Shown: positions 57,415-64,000 of the stretch, one piece after another
Layout of the letters: each line of letters starts with the position of its first letter
Position numbering within the stretch: the stretch's first letter is position 1
Virus record (IMG/VR): IMGVR_UViG_3300021963_000098
Direction: 5' to 3' (one strand)
DNA length: 64,000 nucleotides
Source of the DNA: an uncultured virus (IMG/VR IMGVR_UViG_3300021963_000098)
Lineage: Duplodnaviria; Heunggongvirae; Uroviricota; Caudoviricetes
The notes under the pieces: model-generated
Databases searched by the model: none
What the model saw: only the letters and a program-made list of their open reading frames with translations
What the model was told of the DNA's origin: nothing
Position numbers and translations under genes: made by a program

Positions 57415-57915
57415 ATGCAGACGCAAACAACTAATAATATCTACAAGCATATATTTGGTCGTAAACTTCATAATACAATGACGCTAGGAGATGCTATTTC
57501 GACTCTACGAAAAATGGGTCTTATTAACGAAGGCGAAGCCGCAGAAAAAGCAATTAGCAAAAAGTCTGGAGTATCACAATGTCGTAAAAACATGCCTGAG
57601 TCGGATCTAGTTACAGGCGAACAAATCAAACATGGGTTGACAAATCCAGACAACAGGCATGCCAATGGAGAACGCAAGCTAATTGCGTATATTTCTACTA
57701 AGCAACATACCTCAACGATTCTGGCAGTAGTAACTGAAAGATTTACTGGTAAAGAATATTATTTTATCTTTCCTTATGCATCTTACAAACATCATAATGG
57801 AAACACGATTGGTATTCCTTTTGAATATAATGGTACACCAAAGCTCTCTAATAGATGGTGGCAGTATAATGTTGAAACTTTCAATGAACTATGTGCAAAG
57901 GTAAACTCAAAATGA
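57415..57915 (+). CDS. AT-rich hypothetical protein, possible PD-(D/E)xK nuclease
   Basis: GEAAE...SD...EQIK pattern; GGAG RBS. Confidence 0.5.
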   Translation: MQTQTTNNIYKHIFGRKLHNTMTLGDAISTLRKMGLINEGEAAEKAISKKSGVSQCRKNMPESDLVTGEQIKHGLTNPDNRHANGERKLIAYISTKQHTSTILAVVTERFTGKEYYFIFPYASYKHHNGNTIGIPFEYNGTPKLSNRWWQYNVETFNELCAKVNSK

Positions 57916-58475
57916 CATTACAAGAATCACTTGAATCATTCCGTGCACCAAGCTATGGTAAGACCAAGCGTAGTGCTGACACCTACCGGACTGTGGCAAA
58001 TCATTGCCGCAGTCACTTGACTGGGCTGGTAGCAGAGTACAAGTCTGTTGAAAATGATCAACAGCGCCTGCGTGAGATCCGCAACGACATGGATTACTAT
58101 CTGCGTCGTTATCACGAGTACTGTATCCAACAGCGTGATGGTATGAAGGCGCACTATCATGAAGTGGATGCAGACGAAGACTGTGACTTTGAGCATTTGA
58201 TTCCGGCAGCACGTATCCGTGACCTGCTGTTGGCAGATGTGTTCACAGTTGAGCAGGCGCTGAATGCTCCTACTGTGCGACTAAGTCGCGACAAGCATGA
58301 GGCATTGAAGGATGCAGGCTGGGCCAGCAAGACTCCAGATATGTGGCGCCCGTTTCGGAGATATTCAGGGGTGTTTACAGCTAAGTACACTACCCACGAT
58401 GGCACAGAGATTGATCCAGATACCTGGACCCTGGAAGACCACTTCCGCTACTTTTCACATCTGGTGATTGAATAG
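57912..58475 (+). CDS. Putative HNH/His-Me finger nuclease-like protein
   Basis: DFEHLIP...N.PTV.LS...H; ATGA-coupled. Confidence 0.5.
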   Translation: MTLQESLESFRAPSYGKTKRSADTYRTVANHCRSHLTGLVAEYKSVENDQQRLREIRNDMDYYLRRYHEYCIQQRDGMKAHYHEVDADEDCDFEHLIPAARIRDLLLADVFTVEQALNAPTVRLSRDKHEALKDAGWASKTPDMWRPFRRYSGVFTAKYTTHDGTEIDPDTWTLEDHFRYFSHLVIE

Positions 58476-58476
58476 G

Positions 58477-58505
58477 TAGACAAACAACATGGCACCTGCT
58501 ATACT
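58477..58505 (+). promoter_or_regulatory. Sigma70-type promoter, probably leaderless
   Basis: TAGACA-N17-TATACT with TGn extension, 6 nt before ATG 58512. Confidence 0.7.
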
Positions 58506-58511
58506 TGCACA

Positions 58512-59987
58512 ATGAGAACATGTGTCATACGTATAACCGATGAAGTCAATGCTAAACTGGTTGGATTGGAAGTAACCACTCGCAACCGTTTGGCCAAAGA
58601 ACTCAAATTCTTTATGCCCTACGCATTCCACGTTCCAGCCTACAAGCTGGGACGTTGGGATGGGTGTGTCAGCTTCTTTACACTGGGTGGAGGCACCTTT
58701 GTAAACTTGCTTGAACGCATCCTACCAGTGCTGTATGAAGAACATTATGAAGTGTCCGTTGAGGACCACAGAGAGCAACACGATCTAGATTTTGTCCCCA
58801 TTGATGAAGAGTATCATGGGGATATAGTTTGGCCAGAGAATCATCCCATGGCAGGCCAGCTGGTACGACTACGCGACTACCAAGTTGATGCAGTCAACAA
58901 CTTCCTTACCACACCACAAAGCATCCAGGAGATTGCCACAGGCGCAGGTAAGACTCTAATGACTGCTACCATGAGCAAATGTGTAGAACACATTGGTCGT
59001 AGCCTGGTCATTGTGCCTAACAAGGATCTAGTACGCCAGACATATGAGGACTATCACAACCTAGGACTTGATGTGGGTGTGTACTTTGGTGATGAAAAGC
59101 AAACAGACAAGACACACACCATTGCCACATGGCAAAGCCTCAACGTGCTAGACAAGCGTTTCAAAGACGGCGAAACCAACATCAGTTTAGAAGTGTTCTC
59201 GACAGGCTTGGCGGCTATCATCGTAGACGAAGTTCACCAAGCCAAAGCTGACGTTCTAAAGAAGTTACTAACAGGGCCATTTGCTAATGTGCCTATTCGT
59301 TGGGGACTCACAGGAACTGTGCCCAAGGAAGACTGGCAGAAGATTAGCCTTGAAGTCAGCCTTGGGCCTGTTGTGAGCAGCCTCAGTGCCGCCACATTGC
59401 AGGACATGGGTGTGCTGGCTGAATGTCACGTCAACGTAGTACAGATGGAAGAAACTGCCGAGTATGGCAGTTACCAAGAAGAACTAGAATATCTCACTAC
59501 CAACAGCACACGATTAGACTACATTGCTGATCTTGTCAAGAACATTGCAGACACAGGCAACACCCTGGTGCTGGTTGATCGTATTCGTGCAGGAGAACAG
59601 ATAGTAGAACGCATTGAAGATAGTGTGTTTGTATCTGGTTCAATGAAGAGCAAGGACCGTAAAGATGAATATGATGAAGTTGCGACTTCGACTGGAAAGG
59701 TTATTGTTGCTACCTATGGAGTGGCTGCTGTGGGTATTAACATTCCTCGTATTTTTAATCTGGTACTCCTGGAACCCGGAAAGAGCTTTGTCCGAGTTAT
59801 ACAGTCTATTGGGCGCGGTATTAGAAAAGCACAGGACAAAGACTTCGTACAGATCTGGGATTTGACCAGTACCAGCAAATTTAGCAAAAGACATTTACGT
59901 GAACGAAAGAAGTTCTACGCGGATGCAAAGTATCCTTACTTGATAGAAAAAGTAGACTACCGTTCACCTAAAAAGGGAAAGAAATGA
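58512..59987 (+). CDS. uvsW: SF2 DNA helicase
   Basis: LRDYQ, ATGAGKT, VDEVH, GLTGT, QSIGRG.R; N-term WDG motif. Confidence 0.93.
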   Translation: MRTCVIRITDEVNAKLVGLEVTTRNRLAKELKFFMPYAFHVPAYKLGRWDGCVSFFTLGGGTFVNLLERILPVLYEEHYEVSVEDHREQHDLDFVPIDEEYHGDIVWPENHPMAGQLVRLRDYQVDAVNNFLTTPQSIQEIATGAGKTLMTATMSKCVEHIGRSLVIVPNKDLVRQTYEDYHNLGLDVGVYFGDEKQTDKTHTIATWQSLNVLDKRFKDGETNISLEVFSTGLAAIIVDEVHQAKADVLKKLLTGPFANVPIRWGLTGTVPKEDWQKISLEVSLGPVVSSLSAATLQDMGVLAECHVNVVQMEETAEYGSYQEELEYLTTNSTRLDYIADLVKNIADTGNTLVLVDRIRAGEQIVERIEDSVFVSGSMKSKDRKDEYDEVATSTGKVIVATYGVAAVGINIPRIFNLVLLEPGKSFVRVIQSIGRGIRKAQDKDFVQIWDLTSTSKFSKRHLRERKKFYADAKYPYLIEKVDYRSPKKGKK

Positions 59988-60484
59988 AAATACTAACACA
60001 TGATAACAACACGTTTGAGTTGAATACTCTACCAGAAGAAATAGATGATCTGCGATATGGGGTCCTAGATTACAGTGATCCAAACAACCCTGATTATTTT
60101 TTTGTGCCTCTTATTTTTCTTGAGAACTTTTATGCGCCTGCCGCTGTGCTACAGATAGGGCCTTATCAGATTGAAATGCCCTTGGACTGGAGCATTGTTA
60201 TCGGCGAACCAGACCACGGCGATCCGGAAATTGTTCCTATAATGAGTTTGAACGACAGAGGATTCAAGACATTTGCATTTAATCCAATGAAGAGCTTCAA
60301 GCCGGAATGGCTAACAGTTGACATAGTCAACGTCTATCAAGAAGTGCGCTGGTACTTTCCAAAACTAAAGTATGGACACATACTGGCATTGCCACTAACT
60401 GATGGACCAGAGCCCTTGTGTGCTTACTTTGTGAAAGAAACAAATAAGATTCCTGAAGTGCTCGACATTAGCAAGATGTGGTAG
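59984..60484 (+). CDS. Hypothetical protein (possible inactive Hint-like fold)
   Basis: ATGA-coupled to uvsW; beta-rich. Confidence 0.65.
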   Translation: MKILTHDNNTFELNTLPEEIDDLRYGVLDYSDPNNPDYFFVPLIFLENFYAPAAVLQIGPYQIEMPLDWSIVIGEPDHGDPEIVPIMSLNDRGFKTFAFNPMKSFKPEWLTVDIVNVYQEVRWYFPKLKYGHILALPLTDGPEPLCAYFVKETNKIPEVLDISKMW

Positions 60485-60490
60485 TATAAT
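60462..60490 (+). promoter_or_regulatory. Sigma70-type promoter, probably leaderless
   Basis: TCGACA-N17-TATAAT, 5 nt before ATG 60496. Confidence 0.7.
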
Positions 60491-60495
60491 ACAAC

Positions 60496-61005
60496 ATGGC
60501 AACCAAACCTAAAGCAACAAAAGAAAAGGCAGCATCCAAAGAACGCAAACTGGATATCTTCCAGGAAGTGTTGCCGGGCATTGATCGTCGTAATATGGAA
60601 TTCTTTGGCAAACTGTCAGACGAGCAGAAGAAAGAATTTAGCCCTTGGTTGATACAACGCTGGGCGGCCAGTGTTGAAGGATCATCAGGTGTGCAGGAAT
60701 ATTTCATACAAGCAGTCAATGAGCGTTCCAACATCAACATGAAGGAACTCAAGGACCATCCAGAACTACAGTGGATGCTGTTGTCCAGTTGCGGCATCAA
60801 GAAAGCATACAGGCGCAGTTGGATTGGCGCGGCAAAGGGCGTGAAGAAAGACAAAATCACAGAGTTCATTGCTGAGCTTTACCCCAGTGCAGGCGAACAA
60901 GAAATTGAACTCATGCGTATCATCAATGATGAAAGCGAGCTCAAGCAAATTGCTGAACAGATGAACCTTAAGAAATCAGAAATCAAGGAAGTGTTCGGTG
61001 GATGA
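60496..61005 (+). CDS. Putative clamp loader small subunit (T4 gp62-like)
   Basis: FSPWLIQRW, VNE..N, HPELQW, basic-W motif. Confidence 0.5.
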   Translation: MATKPKATKEKAASKERKLDIFQEVLPGIDRRNMEFFGKLSDEQKKEFSPWLIQRWAASVEGSSGVQEYFIQAVNERSNINMKELKDHPELQWMLLSSCGIKKAYRRSWIGAAKGVKKDKITEFIAELYPSAGEQEIELMRIINDESELKQIAEQMNLKKSEIKEVFGG

Positions 61006-61691
61006 AAGATCAACTTGAATGTAGGTTTTGTAGCAAGGCTTTCCAAAAAGAAAGCACACTGGTTGCGCACATGTGCGAACCCAAGCGCAGGATACTGGCA
61101 GAAAATGACAAGGCCAATCGCATAGGATATAATGCATGGCTGATCTTTCGCAAGCTGATGACGCCCAGTGCCCGGAAGACTCCCTCCTACGAGGACTTTA
61201 CCAAGAACAAATATTACACCACATTTGTCAAGCTGGGCAAGCGTATCATTGACTTGCATATACCTGAACCAGATAACTTTGTCAAATACTTGGTCATGAA
61301 CTCTGTCAAGTTCTCTAACTGGGGCAAAGACTTTGTGTACGAAATGTACATAAGAGAAATGACCAAAAAAGAAACGGTGCAACGTGCCGCAGAACGCACA
61401 GTGTTGCTCATGCAACAATGGGGCATGGAACAACAGCAGGATTGGAAACAGTTTTGGTCAGATGTCAGCACAACACAGGCCTTGCATTGGATACGTATCG
61501 GCAGGCTGAGCCCTTGGATATTGTTGGGCACTGTGCAAGGAAAAGACCTGTTAAATAGGTTTGATGAAAAGCAACTGCAAGACGTCACTGGCTATATAGA
61601 ACTAGACCCCTGGCGCATCAGAATTTCTAGAAACAAAAAAGACTGCGAATGGATGCAGGATGTGTTTAACAAGGTCGAGGAAGAACAATAA
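61002..61691 (+). CDS. Zinc-finger-containing hypothetical protein
   Basis: N-term CRFCSKAF.KESTL.AHMC. Confidence 0.7.
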   Translation: MKDQLECRFCSKAFQKESTLVAHMCEPKRRILAENDKANRIGYNAWLIFRKLMTPSARKTPSYEDFTKNKYYTTFVKLGKRIIDLHIPEPDNFVKYLVMNSVKFSNWGKDFVYEMYIREMTKKETVQRAAERTVLLMQQWGMEQQQDWKQFWSDVSTTQALHWIRIGRLSPWILLGTVQGKDLLNRFDEKQLQDVTGYIELDPWRIRISRNKKDCEWMQDVFNKVEEEQ

Positions 61692-61900
61692 TGGAACAAT
61701 ACAACAATGCAACAGAAACACAGGTACGTGAAGAGAACAAGGTACTTCGCATCGCCGGTGAACCAAACGATATCAAGCAACTCAAAGCATTGGTAGCCAT
61801 GCTGATCAAAAAAGTAGAAGACATTGAACAGCGACTGACTCGCACAATGTCAGAAGCAAAATCAGCACGTGACGCGGCAAGACATGTGACAAGGAAATAA
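61691..61900 (+). CDS. Small coiled-coil hypothetical protein
   Basis: TAATG coupling, GAGG RBS. Confidence 0.55.
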   Translation: MEQYNNATETQVREENKVLRIAGEPNDIKQLKALVAMLIKKVEDIEQRLTRTMSEAKSARDAARHVTRK

Positions 61901-61902
61901 TC

Positions 61903-62484
61903 GTGAAAGCACAGGGCACAGACATTGACATTGACTTGGCAGATAGGGATCTACTGCTACGGCTGATAGATCATGTTCCTGCAATGCAACGTGATTCGCG
62001 TGGTCGTGTGACCAAGCACAATACAGGTGTATACTTCCACGACGTGCCAGCAGATCCCTTTACTGGACTGTGCACATTGGATTACAAGACTGCTGAGGAA
62101 GTTGGTTACTTCAAGATTGATGTGCTTAATGTAAGTGTGTACAAGGATGTGAGAGATCCAGATCATCTAGATCGCTTGACTGCCCAAGCACCAGACTGGA
62201 CGCTGTTACAGCACAAAGAAATCATACAACAACTGTTTCATATCCATGCACATGCGGATCTTGTTGTGCGCATGAAACCGCAGACTCTCGAACAGTTGGC
62301 AATGGTTCTGGCCTTGATTAGACCAGGCAAAAGGCATTTGGTTGGTAGACCCTGGGCTGAGATTGAATCACAGATCTGGGACAAGGGCGATGAAGGTTAC
62401 AGCTTCAAGAAAAGCCATGCATTGGGTTATGCATTGGCTATTGTGGTACAGATGAATTTGTTGCAGGAACAGGCCTTATCTTAG
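61903..62484 (+). CDS. Miniature DNA polymerase III alpha (DnaE)-like catalytic core
   Basis: DIDID, KHNTGVY, GYFKIDVL, ALIRPG, YSFKKSHA.GYA in DnaE order; GTG start with AAGGA. Confidence 0.8.
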   Translation: MKAQGTDIDIDLADRDLLLRLIDHVPAMQRDSRGRVTKHNTGVYFHDVPADPFTGLCTLDYKTAEEVGYFKIDVLNVSVYKDVRDPDHLDRLTAQAPDWTLLQHKEIIQQLFHIHAHADLVVRMKPQTLEQLAMVLALIRPGKRHLVGRPWAEIESQIWDKGDEGYSFKKSHALGYALAIVVQMNLLQEQALS

Positions 62485-63172
62485 CCAAGCCCAGCATGGT
62501 CAGCAGTTTGATATAAACCCACCCAATATCAAACTCATACCAGCGTTGACTGAATCGTGCATTGGCACCATCAGCATGATGATTGTTGTGTAGTTCTTCG
62601 CCTCCAATCCAAATGCCCCAGGGCACAAGATTACGAGAAGTGTCATTGGTATCGGTATTGCGATATCCCCACCAATGAGATAGCCCGTTGATCACACCAG
62701 CGGCCCAGAACGGGATCCAGATCATTTGAATACCCCATAGGAGTATGCCCCAATGACCAAACAACATGATGTTGATATAAAACATAAGCAAGATGCCCAA
62801 CCAGGGATATCTGCTGTAGATATTTCTTTCGCACCAATCATCAGGCGTGCCTGTGCCAAGTTGTTCCACCATGAGCTTGTTTCTAGATGCATTGGCGTAG
62901 AGAAAAGCACCACCGAACAGCACACGCCATATGCCATACTGTTGTGGGCTATGTGGGTCTCCAGGTTGATCGCTCTTTTGGTGGTGACGGCGGTGTACTG
63001 CTACCCATTCACGAGTGACCATGCCAGTAGTAAGCCACAGCCAAAACCGCATGAAATGATTCACAGCAGGATGGAATGAAACTGATCTATGTGCTTGACT
63101 ACGATGTAGATATAGAGTTACGCAGAGGATGGTAATGTGGGTCATTACCAGTAGGTATATTAGTTTTGTCAT
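62438..63172 (-). CDS. Membrane fatty acid desaturase (delta-9 type)
   Basis: His boxes HRSQAH, HRRHH, HNNHH; DPHSP; hydrophobic segments. Confidence 0.92.
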   Translation of the reverse strand: MTKLIYLLVMTHITILCVTLYLHRSQAHRSVSFHPAVNHFMRFWLWLTTGMVTREWVAVHRRHHQKSDQPGDPHSPQQYGIWRVLFGGAFLYANASRNKLMVEQLGTGTPDDWCERNIYSRYPWLGILLMFYINIMLFGHWGILLWGIQMIWIPFWAAGVINGLSHWWGYRNTDTNDTSRNLVPWGIWIGGEELHNNHHADGANARFSQRWYEFDIGWVYIKLLTMLGLAKIRPVPATNSSVPQ

Positions 63173-63552
63173 GAATTGTCTATTTTACGTATCAGCTGTA
63201 TTTGTCTGCGCTTGATACGTTTTGTGATCACATTTTGTAATGTAACCACGTGTCCTGCTACCACATCAAATTCCTTGATTGAAAATGTTTGTAAACTGTA
63301 CTGGAAAGGCTTGAATTTCATGCCCAGTACAATGTTAATTGGCAACTGTCTATTTGTTGCCCACCACCATTCGTCGCCCATTTCCAAGAACAATTTTTTG
63401 TCCTCTTCCTGCAGGCGATTGTAAACATACATGCTCACTATGCTGTTATCGTAGTTTTGTATGATGCCCACATATTCCTGCCCGCTGTAACGAGCCAGGC
63501 ACAAAAATGGGAATCTTTCAAGCATGATCAGTATTTCTTCGGGTGTGTTCAT
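63169..63552 (-). CDS. Phage hypothetical protein
   Basis: PFL......EYVGIIQN, WWW.TNR.LPIN; TAAATA upstream. Confidence 0.7.
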   Translation of the reverse strand: MNTPEEILIMLERFPFLCLARYSGQEYVGIIQNYDNSIVSMYVYNRLQEEDKKLFLEMGDEWWWATNRQLPINIVLGMKFKPFQYSLQTFSIKEFDVVAGHVVTLQNVITKRIKRRQIQLIRKIDNS

Positions 63553-63602
63553 CGTCGTGAGTATTTACCAAACCATAAATATGGTATGACACAGGAACGA
63601 AC

Positions 63603-64000
63603 ATGAACGTATCGTATGTATATGATCAAGTACTCCACGTAATGGTTGGAGTAGGAACCTTAAGGAATACTCCTATGAATGAACGTCGTTATACGGCTTA
63701 CATAGGTGTGGACAACACCATTGACTTGCAATTCAAAGACAGGGATCGCAAGCCCGTTGATATCACACTTAAAACGGTAATATGGCAGATGACCGATCCT
63801 ATTACAGGTGAAGCTTTGATTAGAAAAACAGCCTTTGCTAGCGATGCTGCCAAGGGCCAGGCCAAACTGCAACTGCTGGATCACGATACCATGGGCATAT
63901 CAGCAGGCATTTATCATGTGGGCATCATGCTGGTAGCAACCGACGGTACGACCAGTGCCAGCTATACAGATTTGAACTATGATGCTCGTGCAGAAATTGA
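63603..64000 (+). CDS. Partial ORF running off the window; probable virion protein (absent from the ORF track)
   Basis: Open frame MNVSYVYDQ...YIGVDNTIDLQFKDRDRKPVDI...; late TAAATA at 63576 and AGGA RBS. Confidence 0.65.
   Translation, partial: MNVSYVYDQVLHVMVGVGTLRNTPMNERRYTAYIGVDNTIDLQFKDRDRKPVDITLKTVIWQMTDPITGEALIRKTAFASDAAKGQAKLQLLDHDTMGISAGIYHVGIMLVATDGTTSASYTDLNYDARAEI

Noticed and set aside
48534..59987. Inteins or introns in terminase, UvsX or UvsW
   Set aside because: Lengths are ordinary and motifs are contiguous
1..64000. Stop codon reassignment
   Set aside because: Core genes are full length in code 11 and TAA, TGA and TAG all end real genes
1..64000. tRNA or rRNA genes
   Set aside because: Intergenic gaps are short and I saw no cloverleaf with a T-loop consensus; tRNAscan was not run

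Overview
64 kb of a large T4-related (gp23/gp18/gp17/gp32/UvsXYW-type) myophage genome in standard genetic code. In order: scaffold and major capsid; a ~30 kb tail-fibre/virion-accessory cluster (subtilase, three RCC1-like propellers, two cupredoxin-tipped fibres); heme oxygenase plus a PcyX/PcyA-type bilin reductase; an inverted neck/tail-terminator block with a GIY-YIG homing endonuclease; a sigma70-driven early cassette; neck, sheath, tube and terminase genes; recombination/replication genes; a ParB/DGQHR + nuclease module; a 193-aa DnaE-like core; and a fatty acid desaturase. Most striking: (1) the gp15-like tail terminator has no AUG/GUG/UUG for its conserved N-terminus after the endonuclease insertion, and instead has SD + 7-bp hairpin + AUC; (2) three late genes have the TAAATA promoter in a hairpin loop with the SD in the 3' arm; (3) an 18-bp palindrome, IHF-like sites and a UAGGCA leader motif recur at early promoters; (4) a split GmrSD-like module. 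All product calls come from motif recognition by eye; no searches were run.
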